In this document: positions 1 through 12,508 of the stretch, piece after piece
How positions within the stretch are numbered: the first letter of the stretch is position 1
Layout: each line of letters opens with the position of its first letter
From: Prevotella sp.
Lineage (GTDB): Bacteria; Bacteroidota; Bacteroidia; Bacteroidales; Dysgonomonadaceae
Direction of reading: 5' to 3'
DNA length: 64,000 bases
NCBI GenBank assembly: GCA_031285625.1
Contig: JAITVV010000084.1
Location: 64,001 to 128,000, forward strand
Made by a program: the position numbers and the translations under genes
Notes under the pieces: model-generated
Database searches by the model: none
What the model was told of the DNA's origin: nothing
Seen by the model: the letters and a program-made list of their open reading frames with translations, nothing else

Positions 1-1954
1 ACGAAGCCGAATAGTCTGCCAGATGTACATAGTAGTCACCAATTGCCTGTTGACCTGTTTGCCCGTAACTCAAACGTAGCTTCAGATCAGACAAAACATT
101 TTGGTTTTTCATAAAGTTCTCTTCTGTCATCCGATATGCCAATGCTACCGAAGGAAAGTACCCCCAACGATTGTCTTTAGAAAAACGAGAAGAAGCATCT
201 GCACGCAATGTAGCTGTAAGCATTAGTTTCTGAGCATATGTATAATTTAAACGGCCGAAGAATGATAACAAATAAAGTTCCTGTTCATCATACTGTGCAA
301 CATCACTTGAGATCGGTTTTCCATTTAAGTCTGTGGGAACATCTGTAGTAGTATTATACCAGAACTTCTGCCACTCATAACCACCCATTACATTTATATT
401 ATGCTTATCGGATAAATCTTTTGTATAATTAGCATACATATTGATAAGGTAATTCCTATTCTTACTTTCACTTCCTGATCTACGTCCAGTACCATCATTC
501 AGATTTCCGGTATACATAGATGGCGCATACTGAGGGGTTGTTTCCTCATATGTATTTTTACGGATATCGTAACCCATATTCAGGTTTAAATGTAGATCCT
601 CTAAACCATGTACTTTATAATCGAATGCTATATTTCCTATCGATTGTTGCGTCTTATCCAGTTTGTTCGGTAATTTAAGATCGGCGACAGGATTACTCGC
701 TGCAAGAACAATAGGCACCTCTTTATCTGTCCACATATAATAACCGAGTCCCATAGGATCGGAATATGTTTCATACACCGGACGTGTAGGATCGAACGAA
801 ATTGCTCCACCGATGCTTCCGGTTGACACAGGTTTATCTCTTTCGATAGTACCCTTTACATTGATATCGACCGCCAGATGATCGTTAAAGAATTTAGGGG
901 ATAGCCCTATTCCGCCATTAAAACGCTGATAATTATTACCTTTTAATGTTCCATCCTGATTGGTATAACCAAATGACACACGGTATGGAACTTTATTCGT
1001 TGCCCCAGTTACAGATAAGTTATGTTCTGTACCAAAAGCCGTGCGGAAAATTTCTTTCTGCCAATCAGTAGATGCATTGCCCAGCAGAAAATCATCAGGA
1101 GCATTGGCATGTTTAGCAAAAGCCGTTCTATACTCATCTGCACTCAATACATCATAATAGCTTGGCACAGCGCTTATCGTATAATTTGAGTTATATGATA
1201 TCCGTGGTTTAGTATCAGTCAGGCTTCCTTTTTTAGTAGTAACAATTACAACTCCATTAGATGCACGGGATCCATAAATCGCAGTTGCAGAGGCATCTTT
1301 AAGAACTGTAAATGTTGCAATATCATTCGGATTGATCGAACTTAGAGATTTATTGCTTACAGGTACCCCATCGATAACAATAAGCGGGTCGTTTGTTGCT
1401 GAAAGAGAAGCCCCCATACGAATACGTATCGTACTACTGCTGCCAGGAGCACCACTACCCGGTACAATATTTACACCGGCAACTTTACCAATAAGGGCAT
1501 CTTCGGCTTTTAGCTGCATACCTTTATTTAATTCGTCAGGCTTTATAGCTGTTAGTGAACCCGTTGCATCTCCTTTACGAACTTGTCCGTAACCGATAAC
1601 AACAATTTCCTCTAACATTTCCATGTCTTCTTCCAGAATTATAGATAATTGAGACTGACCATCCACAGGAACTTCCTTTGTCTTAAATCCCAAATATGAT
1701 ATAACCAAGACAGCATTTCTGGAGACAGAAATGTCAAAATTTCCATCATCGTCACTTATAGTACCCGCAGTTGTTCCTTTTACAGTAATACTTGCACCAA
1801 TGATGGTTTCTCTGGTTCCGTTTTCGATAACAGTACCTTTAACCTTAATTGTTCCTTGATTTTGAGCTGACAAATGAGGGATTGCCAGTAAAGCTATCAA
1901 AAATAGCAGGCAGGTTCTGTAGTTTGTCCTTTCAATAAAAGATTTCAATTTCAT
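1..1954 (-). CDS. susC: SusC/RagA TonB-dependent outer-membrane receptor (3' end outside window)
   Basis: Not in the ORF track because it runs off the edge. Translated from ATG at 1954: [12 protein letters not shown]...signal peptide, then VIGYG, [47 protein letters not shown] plug motifs. Confidence 0.95.
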   Translation of the reverse strand, partial: [651 protein letters not shown]

Positions 1955-2037
1955 GAATTAATAGATTTAGATTATATATTTCTCAAGTTAAAAAGTAATG
2001 TGTAGTCACATTGTTTTTCTTAGTGAGTTAACAAGTA

Positions 2038-2045
2038 CAAATCTA
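2038..2045 (-). promoter_or_regulatory. Bacteroidota sigma-A -7 element (TAGATTTG) for susC
   Basis: Matches TAnnTTTG about 85 nt upstream of the susC start. Confidence 0.5.
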
Positions 2046-2193
2046 TAATTCACAGAACAGAGTTGTATAGTAAAGTAGAGTATTCAGGTAGATTTTATTT
2101 ATACAAATATAGCCACAAACGACTAATAATAAATACAATATAAAAAATACAAAGATTTAAATAAGTAGATTAAATTACAGATTTAAGGAGAAG

Positions 2194-3813
2194 TTATTTT
2201 CCTATTTGTTGTATTGCCAATGCAAATTCATCCTTAGAAATAGCCAACTTATTTCTGATTTTGAGTTTATAGTTATACACAGTCTGAGGAGAATAATGAA
2301 GAAAACTTGCGATCTTGCTACTATCATTTATCCCTAACCTTATAAGAGCAAATACCCGTAACTCCGGAGGCAGAATATCATCAGCTTTAGGATATATCCG
2401 TTCACCTTCCTGCAACAGGTTATTAAATTCCTCGATAAAATTAGGATATATATTGAGAAACATCACATCAAAATTTCTGAAAAACTCCTTCAGTTCATCA
2501 GCGACGAGTGATGTAGAATTCGTCGTTTTTAAGGCTTCATCAATTTGTCCGGTTTTCAGTTTACGGTTTATATTTATACGATATCCTTCCAGCTTATCAA
2601 TATATGTTGAACACAGATTGAAAACAGAGCCTATATATTCTTCTTTTACCAGATTTGATTCGGATAATTTTTTATTCAATTCATTAAGATCTTCATTCAT
2701 CTGCCTCAAGTCTTTATTCAAGGCCTTCATGGAATGTTTTGCATGTGATAATTTTTTCAGTTGTTTATAAATATAGATAATACTTACGATGAGCACACAA
2801 GACAGTACTGATATAAGGATCAGATATTTAAATAAGTTCTCTTTTTCCTGCTTCGCCTTTTTATCATAGGCTGCAACTATAATGGGTAATGTTTCCGAGA
2901 TTTCCAGTGTACGGAAACGCGCCCGGCTAAACATAGCATCTTCCATTGCACATTTTACATACGCATATGCCCTGACAACATCCCCTTCCTGATAAAGTAA
3001 TACAGCTAACTTACGCAAAGCAATATAGCTCTTTACAGACCTTTTCAGATCGGCTATAGACGAAATGGCCAGATATTTTTTCTGCTGTTCACTGTCGCCG
3101 AGCTTTTCATATACATCCGACAATCCATAAGAGAGAGTACCCAATAAGGATTCATTATTTTTATTTTCATTATAGCATCGGGTCATTAGTTTTAAGGCTT
3201 CATTATATTTACCCAGTTCGACTAATTTCCCATTTTCAACCAGATGATAGCCTAATGTCTGGGGGTCATTTGTCTGCAATAAAGAATCTTTATATTGGCT
3301 TATAAGATTTTTATAATAATCTTTCTCCTTCTGAGACAAAGAATTCTCAGCCAACAAAGAATATATAGAATGATATAAATGATAATAGTACGACCACTCT
3401 TTTTTATCCAGTTTATGCTTATCTATCTTATCAATGATATCGAGAGATTCTTTATACATACCCATTATACCCAGAATTTCCGAAGTATTCATTTCAGAAA
3501 TAAGTATATACTCCTGATTATATATTTTTTTTGCGATATCATATTTTTTATATGATATACTCAATGCAGAGTCCATATTGTAATTCCTGTATTCCTTAAA
3601 TAACTTTTGAAATATCTGATATTGTAATTCCAATTCAGTTGCTCTTTTTAGTCTTGTTTTAAGACTATCAATACGGGATTCTCTTTTATGAGCATACTGG
3701 GGACGCTCTTTTATAGCGTTATCCAGTGCCAGCAGCAAAGAATCCAGCGAGGCACAGTTAACAGTTAATAAGTTAATTATTAGAAATATAGTCAATATAA
3801 AAAATCTTTTCAT
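2194..3813 (-). CDS. SusR-like (DUF6377) membrane-anchored transcriptional regulator
   Basis: Signal peptide, TPR-like periplasmic region, TM helix, then ELRVFALIRLGINDSSKIASFLHYSPQTVYNYK HTH; lies upstream of susC. Confidence 0.9.
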   Translation of the reverse strand: MKRFFILTIFLIINLLTVNCASLDSLLLALDNAIKERPQYAHKRESRIDSLKTRLKRATELELQYQIFQKLFKEYRNYNMDSALSISYKKYDIAKKIYNQEYILISEMNTSEILGIMGMYKESLDIIDKIDKHKLDKKEWSYYYHLYHSIYSLLAENSLSQKEKDYYKNLISQYKDSLLQTNDPQTLGYHLVENGKLVELGKYNEALKLMTRCYNENKNNESLLGTLSYGLSDVYEKLGDSEQQKKYLAISSIADLKRSVKSYIALRKLAVLLYQEGDVVRAYAYVKCAMEDAMFSRARFRTLEISETLPIIVAAYDKKAKQEKENLFKYLILISVLSCVLIVSIIYIYKQLKKLSHAKHSMKALNKDLRQMNEDLNELNKKLSESNLVKEEYIGSVFNLCSTYIDKLEGYRININRKLKTGQIDEALKTTNSTSLVADELKEFFRNFDVMFLNIYPNFIEEFNNLLQEGERIYPKADDILPPELRVFALIRLGINDSSKIASFLHYSPQTVYNYKLKIRNKLAISKDEFALAIQQIGK

Positions 3814-4042
3814 CGAATGTAGTTCTATGAAGTTATATTAGATTAGTGAAAGAGGTAAACTTAAACAAAGTTATTAATAAAATAATATAAGACTCAAAAT
3901 AAGCTTATAAGAAATAGTTAATTAACTATATCCAGTAAGGTTTCCACCGAGCAACAAATACCTTTTCTTATCATATAAGTGAAGTAGTTATGGAAAAATA
4001 AATATATTTGTCTCTATTTACAAAACAACTCAACAATTAAAT

Positions 4043-5206
4043 ATGACACTATTCCAATCCCAGTTTGATGAAATCAGAAAACTTATAGATTACGAAGATT
4101 TCACTCTGCTCACAAAACGAGTTATCGACTTTACCTTTGATACAGAAAACATAGCTATTTATAAAAAAGTAGTAGAATTTCTTGATTGGTTGGATAACAA
4201 CAATGATAAAACAGAAGAAAAGAAAGAGCAATTCAATCAGATTCTGGGTATGCTTTATCAAGAACTGGTGAGCAAGCCCATTACATTACAGAAAGGGACA
4301 CCTCTACTGATCGCAAATAATTTAATAAAGTCTTATAAGAACTCATCTTTTGCACTTGGTCCAATCAGCTTTGCGATAGAAGATGGCCAGATAGTGGGGC
4401 TCGTTGGAGAAAACGGAAATGGTAAGACCACACTGCTTCGTTCCTTATGTGGCGAACTACAACCAACAAGTGGTGAGATAAAATATATGTTTCCGCACAC
4501 TGACAATTATGACCTCCGCTCTAAATTAATCTATATCCCACAACGAACAACATCATGGCAAGGCTCTTTATTATCCAATCTCCGATTTACAGCTTCGTCT
4601 TATGGAATAACAGGAGATGAAAATATACTAATGGTTGAATTGGTCGTTGCCAGAATGGGATTGCGTAAATACCGGAGTTATAGTTGGAAAAATCTGTCAT
4701 CAGGCTATAAGATGCGATTTGAACTGGCTCGCGCCTTATTAAGAAAACCAAAGTTACTGTTAATTGATGAACCTTTAGCTAATTTGGATATATTGGCGCA
4801 ACAGATTGTCCTGGATGATTTCAGAGATATTGCACGCTCTCCATTCCGTCCGTTGGGTATTGTTCTTAGTTCTCAACAGTTATATGAGGTAGAGAAAACA
4901 TCAGATAGTGTGATCTTCTTAAAAAATGGAACTCCTAGAAATCTATCGCAAGATACAGATGTAACTTATACTGAAATACCTAAGCTTATTATTGAATTCG
5001 AATGTGAATGGAAACAGGATCAGCTTCGAGAGATATTTGAAACTCTAAAACTTGAGAAACTTCAGATAAATGGAGGTACCTATGTTGCCAGTTTTTCAGA
5101 AAATATATCCCAGGATGATTTCTTAACAAAAATTCTCGAACAAAAAGTACCTGTTACCTATTTTAGAAACATATCTAATTCGACCCGCAGATTTTTCCTA
5201 TCCTAA
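4043..5206 (+). CDS. ABC transporter ATP-binding protein with N-terminal extension
   Basis: Walker A GENGNGKT, signature LSSGY, Walker B LLLIDEP. Confidence 0.9.
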   Translation: MTLFQSQFDEIRKLIDYEDFTLLTKRVIDFTFDTENIAIYKKVVEFLDWLDNNNDKTEEKKEQFNQILGMLYQELVSKPITLQKGTPLLIANNLIKSYKNSSFALGPISFAIEDGQIVGLVGENGNGKTTLLRSLCGELQPTSGEIKYMFPHTDNYDLRSKLIYIPQRTTSWQGSLLSNLRFTASSYGITGDENILMVELVVARMGLRKYRSYSWKNLSSGYKMRFELARALLRKPKLLLIDEPLANLDILAQQIVLDDFRDIARSPFRPLGIVLSSQQLYEVEKTSDSVIFLKNGTPRNLSQDTDVTYTEIPKLIIEFECEWKQDQLREIFETLKLEKLQINGGTYVASFSENISQDDFLTKILEQKVPVTYFRNISNSTRRFFLS

Positions 5207-5221
5207 AAAAACATTAACACA

Positions 5222-6790
5222 ATGATAAAGAAAATACAAAAATACCTGTTACTTAACTATCCTATATTATGGAATATAAGAATAGTACCTATGCTATTAA
5301 TATTACTAGCTGCACATCTTATATTTTTCATTATAGGATATATATCTACTGATGTAACCTTTGGTAAATCATATTACTACTATTACTCACCATCTCAAGA
5401 TCTGGGATTATTATATTTTGTAAGCATTCTCGTTGGTATATTGCTGCTTATAGGATGGCTTGTATATTATAGCAGAAACAATGGGTTTAAAACATTCTAT
5501 CCACGAAAAACATATCAGTTATATGTCGAATGGATTATGGTTTTCGTCATCACAATAGGAATTGCATTTATACCATACACCTTAACCAGTGGATATATAG
5601 CCCAATGGAAATCAGTCGCATCCAAAGAAGAAGCAAAAAATGCTTTAGTCATATTAGATATGGCATCTGTACTAATACCTTATGAAGAAGACCGCTACAG
5701 GTTCGACGAGGAATATGATAAACCAATTCCAATATCGGAGGAAATGAGACTTAATCCCGACAAGCTTAACCTAAATCAGTATTCGACACATTACAGCGCG
5801 GAAAACGGATTAGAGATAATAGGGTATACAGGTGCTTCCCTGGTTTTCTTCAAAGAATACAATTATGATTATTATCACTACAAAAACAGGCGGAAATATG
5901 CAGATCCCGAAACATTGGCCACGATAGAAACTCAGGAAAAAGTAAAGAAATGGCTTAGAGAGGGTAAACAAGACAGTATACAGACCATTATAAAATCCTT
6001 TAGTAAGTTACAGACAAAGCATAACCTGAGAGGAAACCTAAGTACTGATAACTGGTTTAAACGCATATATAATCCTCCTTTCTTTCCTGTATCAAACACT
6101 ACGAAAATTAGCAATTATGCACTGAATAGTAGCGACTATGATATCGAATACACCGAACCGGTGAGAGCAGCAATTGACGATACATATTATGATTATCCTA
6201 CTGCCGAGACGTACCCTACTCTGCCTTTAAATGAACTCAGAACAGGCTACGAACAAGTACTAAAATGCTATGATAATAATTATCATACAGAAGAGATAGC
6301 GCTTGTATGCTCATGTATTGCTCTTGCTGTTGCTATTTTCATATTCTCGTTCAGAACCACAGGTGGCAAATCATGGTTAATTTCTTTTATAGCTACAGGA
6401 GTACTTATATTTATAGTTGTCTTAACAGGAGTTGGCATTGGGGAATCAATGAAGTGGAGAAACGAAGAAGTCATCATAATATTTATTTGCTTAGTTTGGA
6501 TCAGTATATTTTTGGGCCTCCTAATCAGAATATTATCGAAAATCCGAAATAAGGACCAGAAAAGAAAATCAACCATTTACACAAATCTGCTCATATGGCT
6601 GACCCCTTGCATAGTTCCTCTTCTATTCCTTACAATTGTTGCTCACTCTGAATACTCAGATAGAGAATATTTTGAGCCAAAAAGCGAAGATGTTATGAAT
6701 ATGTTCTGGTTTAATATTATATTTACAGTTCTGGCTATGTGGTTTATCACAATGCTAGTACGCAAATGGAAAAGTTTACCTGAAGAATAA
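5222..6790 (+). CDS. Multi-pass membrane protein, probable partner of the adjacent ABC ATPase
   Basis: 3 N-terminal and about 5 C-terminal hydrophobic segments flanking a large soluble loop; 15 nt after the ATPase gene. Confidence 0.7.
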   Translation: MIKKIQKYLLLNYPILWNIRIVPMLLILLAAHLIFFIIGYISTDVTFGKSYYYYYSPSQDLGLLYFVSILVGILLLIGWLVYYSRNNGFKTFYPRKTYQLYVEWIMVFVITIGIAFIPYTLTSGYIAQWKSVASKEEAKNALVILDMASVLIPYEEDRYRFDEEYDKPIPISEEMRLNPDKLNLNQYSTHYSAENGLEIIGYTGASLVFFKEYNYDYYHYKNRRKYADPETLATIETQEKVKKWLREGKQDSIQTIIKSFSKLQTKHNLRGNLSTDNWFKRIYNPPFFPVSNTTKISNYALNSSDYDIEYTEPVRAAIDDTYYDYPTAETYPTLPLNELRTGYEQVLKCYDNNYHTEEIALVCSCIALAVAIFIFSFRTTGGKSWLISFIATGVLIFIVVLTGVGIGESMKWRNEEVIIIFICLVWISIFLGLLIRILSKIRNKDQKRKSTIYTNLLIWLTPCIVPLLFLTIVAHSEYSDREYFEPKSEDVMNMFWFNIIFTVLAMWFITMLVRKWKSLPEE

Positions 6791-6802
6791 AGCTTAAATA
6801 AA

Positions 6803-6837
6803 AACAAACCCTGATATTAGAGTATCAGGGTTTTGTT
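6803..6837. terminator. Bidirectional intrinsic terminator
   Basis: AAACCCTGATA-ttagag-TATCAGGGTTT between convergent genes. Confidence 0.75.
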
Positions 6838-6856
6838 ATTATATATACTATTCACT

Positions 6857-8050
6857 TTACATTTCTAAATCAACATCGAACAATTCATGCCAAGGTAATC
6901 CTTGTTTGTTCAACTGTTCCATAAACGGATCGGGATCAAATTCCTCGACATTATAAACGCCTGGTTTCCGCCACAGTCCCTTCATAAACATAATACCCCC
7001 TATTGTTGCAGGAACTCCGGTTGTATAACTTACAGCCTGCATTCCTGTTTCTTTAAATGCTGCTTCGTGCGAACAGTTATTATATACATAATAAGTGCGC
7101 TCTTTTCCATCTTTAATACCTTTAATGCGGCACCCAATAGAAGTCTCGCCTTTATAGTTTTCTCCCAGCTCACCCGGATCTGGCAATACAGCTTTCAAGA
7201 ATTGAATTGGAACTATCTCCACACCATTATATATAATAGGATCGATACGGGCCATCCCAATATTCTGAATTACACGCAGGTGAGTAAGGTATTCCTGCCC
7301 AAATGTCATCCAGAAACGTGCTCTCTTCAATGTCGGAAAATTTTTAACCAGAGATTCCAGCTCTTCATGATAGATTACGTATGATTCCTTAGGTCCTATA
7401 TTCGGATAATCCAATGGCTTATGTATTGCATGTGGTTCAGTTTCCACCCATTCCCCATTTTCCCAGTACTTCCCTTTCTGAGTTACCTCACGAATATTTA
7501 TTTCAGGGTTAAAGTTAGTAGCGAAAGCCTTCCCATGATCCCCTGCATTACAATCCACGATATCAAGATAATGCATTTCATCAAAATGGTGCTTTGCTGC
7601 ATAAGCTGTAAATACACTGGTTACACCGGGATCGAATCCACAACCCAATATAGCAGTCAGACCAGCCTCTTTAAACTTGTCCTGATAAGCCCATTGCCAT
7701 TTGTATTCATATTTTGCTTCATCTATCGGCTCATAATTGGCAGTATCCAAATAATTAACACCACATGCCAGACAAGCATCCATAATTGTAAGGTCCTGAT
7801 ATGGTAATGCAACATTAATTACCAGATCCGGCTTAAATGCATTAAAGAGCTTTTTTAAATCTTCTACATCATCTGCATCCACACGTGCAGTTTTTATTTT
7901 ATTTCCACCTATTGCTTCTGCAATTGCATCACACTTCGATTTTGTACGGCTAGCCAGCATAATCTCTGAAAAGACATCCATATTTTGTGAGACTTTATGC
8001 GCCACTACGGTTCCGACTCCACCAGCACCGATAATTAAAACTTTTCCCAT
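6857..8050 (-). CDS. Saccharopine dehydrogenase family protein (probable carboxyspermidine/carboxynorspermidine dehydrogenase)
   Basis: GAGGVG Rossmann motif, YLDTANYE, GCGFDPG, FATNFNPEINIRE, HEELESL. Confidence 0.9.
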   Translation of the reverse strand: MGKVLIIGAGGVGTVVAHKVSQNMDVFSEIMLASRTKSKCDAIAEAIGGNKIKTARVDADDVEDLKKLFNAFKPDLVINVALPYQDLTIMDACLACGVNYLDTANYEPIDEAKYEYKWQWAYQDKFKEAGLTAILGCGFDPGVTSVFTAYAAKHHFDEMHYLDIVDCNAGDHGKAFATNFNPEINIREVTQKGKYWENGEWVETEPHAIHKPLDYPNIGPKESYVIYHEELESLVKNFPTLKRARFWMTFGQEYLTHLRVIQNIGMARIDPIIYNGVEIVPIQFLKAVLPDPGELGENYKGETSIGCRIKGIKDGKERTYYVYNNCSHEAAFKETGMQAVSYTTGVPATIGGIMFMKGLWRKPGVYNVEEFDPDPFMEQLNKQGLPWHELFDVDLEM

Positions 8051-8175
8051 TATTGCATTTTTAATTATTAAAACACTTTTCTTAATTTCCAGATCAGTCA
8101 GATATTCATGTATTAATATACAACATTTGTCTGTTTGAATAACAAAGGTATATATTATTTGGATGCAATGAAATA

Positions 8176-9993
8176 TTATTTTTTCAAGAAGTCTTGAGGA
8201 TAATATTCTTGATATCTTGTCAAATATTTTGTTTCATATATTCCTACATTTTCATTTATTATATCGATATATTCCTTCTTAGTTCTGAAACCATCCTGAA
8301 AAACATCACCTCTTGGCTCAATGGTCTTTATACTCTGAATTTTATATCCCATAAACGGCTCGAAAGGCAATCCTATCGGACTCGTCGCCGGAAGAAGATC
8401 ATAAGACGCAACTAAGTCATCTTCCAATAAGTAAAAAACAATATTACCTACCTGAAATTCTGAATATTTAATTTCCGGCTGGTCTCTCTCCGGTAAATAA
8501 CATATCTTTTGTAGTATATTTTCTGGTAGTTTGTCATAGTTATAGGAAATAGGAATAATAACAAATGAGAAATTTACAACCAAGAGTATGCATGCTGTTA
8601 TTTTACCAAGCTTTGGAAATGTTAAATTATGCCGATTACAAATAAATAGAATAACATAATATATTATTAACACACAACCGAATATATATTGATTAAAAAA
8701 TCTGAAATCAGGCGCTGATATTATTCCCAAAATAATACATTGCAAAGATACCCAATAGACTAAATAAATTTTCTTATCAATTTTACTTTTCAGCATAGCG
8801 TATATGACTATTAATGGAGAAAATAAAACAATTAAAAAGAGTACTATATTCGTAGTAACATTATAAAAATGAAAATCGGCAGGTAAGAATTCCAAATTGA
8901 TCATATAATAAATATATTTTACATCATAAATATACTTTGCCCAATGATATACATGTGCCCTTTCCAGCAAAGCTGTTCCCTTGGGCATTTTCCAATCAAA
9001 TGAGAATATATCGATAGCATCGAAAGGATATATCAGATATCCGGTTATTATAACATTGCGTATACACCAAAGACTAACTATGCAGAAGGCAAAGGCAATG
9101 ACAAAAATTACAATCCTCCATTTTTTTTGCTTTACAAGGTATATCAATACTCCGAGACTTACAAGACAAAAAATCACAGAAGAAAGTTTGAATGTGATTA
9201 ATACAATAGGCAAGAGCACAGACAGCAAAGGCTGTTTGATCAGCCAATTGGGGGTCAATATGGTTTTTGCGATGTAGTAAAACACAAATAAGAGTGGAAT
9301 AACATCCGTATTTGAATCTGTAAACATATACGAACTTGTTAATATTATTATATAGAGAAACGCCATTAAAATAATATAGATAATAGAATATCCTGATCTG
9401 AACAGATTAACTAATACCCATATTGTAATCGAAGCAAACAACACTTATTGCACACTCCCATATAATACTTCTCCAAATAAGAATCGAAAACTAAAAACCG
9501 AAGAAAGCAAAAGGTAATTTGAATTAAAACCAAACCGGCTTTCAATATTTCCCAATCCGGGTATAACGCCATAATCTTCGTTACAGCGAATTTGTTGCCG
9601 GTGATAAGCCACAGAGTCATAAAAATTATCGGGAAACAATAGGAATACCAGAAATACAGACAACCACAGCATTATAAATGCTTTTTGCTTAAAACTTAAT
9701 AGTCTGTTTATATCTTTTAAATGCAAAAAATATTTTCGGAGCTTGTCCTTATTTAACACCCAATATATAATGCTGATAATAGTATAAATCAACAATACAT
9801 ATTGATTGGAGGGAAACCAAAGGGAAGAAAAAGAGATCAAAAAAGAGATAAAGCATATCCCTAAAAGAAAGGTGTCAAGAAAATTGTAATGCTCCTTGTT
9901 TTTACTGAACCGGTTATACAAAAGTAAAAACAAGTCGCCCAGAGAAAATGCAATACAAAGTATTACACCCCAAGCTATTAAGGTTGATATCAT
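8176..9993 (-). pseudogene. Multi-pass membrane protein (LIC_10190-like) split by an in-frame TAA at 9445-9447
   Basis: ORFs 9445..9993 and 8176..9444 are in one frame (…YGSVQ*VLFAS…). Motifs PGLGNIESRFGFNS, KLSS, RNVIITGYLIYP and APDFRF fit a single protein of about 600 aa. Confidence 0.7.
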
Positions 9994-10306
9994 TTTATTT
10001 AGTTTTGAAAGTTTGTTGTCTCAAGGTTAATTTTCCTTTAAAAAAGATAAGTTTACTTACTTTTTCTGCATGTAAAAATACTATTAAAAATTAATATTGT
10101 TTATATTTGTCTTCGGCAATTAGTAGAGGAGTCTGGTACCATACTTTATTCACATAGATACCTCAAACTTTTATTAATTCAGAAAAAAGCTCTGTTAGTT
10201 TCGGAGTTCTTTTAAATTTTGAAGAATTATAACATTATCGTTCTCAGAGTTTTATATATATAATTCTATACACAGAAAAAAGGAAATAAATATAAAATAA
10301 TAATAA

Positions 10307-11833
<1,527 letters not shown>

Positions 11834-11844
11834 AGAACTAACAT

Positions 11845-12093
11845 ATGAGAAATTCAGAACTTCAATTAAATATTATATCACCCGAAAAGAAACTGTTTTC
11901 AGGAACAGTTTCCTCGGTTGTAATTCCTGGAATCCAAGGTCGATTTGGGGTTTTTCCCGACCACGCTCCTATAATTTCCTCACTCAGCGAAGGTGAAATA
12001 ACCTACAATATAGGAGGAACAGAGCAATCCATAGAGGTAAAAGGAGGTATTGCAGAAGTAATACAGAATATCGTAACTATTTGTGTTATCTGA
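11845..12093 (+). CDS. atpC: ATP synthase subunit epsilon (short, beta-sandwich only)
   Basis: IISPEK...G...PDHAPIIS; operon position. Confidence 0.9.
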   Translation: MRNSELQLNIISPEKKLFSGTVSSVVIPGIQGRFGVFPDHAPIISSLSEGEITYNIGGTEQSIEVKGGIAEVIQNIVTICVI

Positions 12094-12097
12094 ATTT

Positions 12098-12508
12098 ATG
12101 AACCAATTCAAGGCTAGATTATTTTCAGGATTAATAGGTTACGGACTACTGGTTGGAGCGATTGTAGCTATTATACTACACAATTTCTTTCCGGGATTTA
12201 GCTGGAACTGGTATTTAGGAATTTTCCTTTTCTTTATTGTGGTTGAAACCTTTATACTTAATCTGGTAGAAAAGAGCAGTCATAGTGAGGACAAAAAACG
12301 ATTGGTGAATATATATACCCTGACAAAAGCCATTAAAATAATATTGTCTCTGGTATTTGTTCTGGTCTATTATATTATAGAGAGATCATACAATATAAAA
12401 ATGTTCATCATCATATACATAGTATTTTACTTATTGTTTTTAATAGCGGAAACATTTTTGTTTACGAAAGTTGAAAAGCATATTAAAATAAAGAATAATA
12501 ATGAGTAA
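12098..12508 (+). CDS. Membrane protein in the atp operon (AtpI-like)
   Basis: 4 TM segments between atpC and atpB; ATG at 12098 preferred to the upstream alternative start. Confidence 0.7.
   Translation: MNQFKARLFSGLIGYGLLVGAIVAIILHNFFPGFSWNWYLGIFLFFIVVETFILNLVEKSSHSEDKKRLVNIYTLTKAIKIILSLVFVLVYYIIERSYNIKMFIIIYIVFYLLFLIAETFLFTKVEKHIKIKNNNE

Noticed and set aside
1332-2770. Short antisense ORFs here and throughout the window
   Set aside because: They are shadows of well-supported genes on the opposite strand and have no recognisable motifs.
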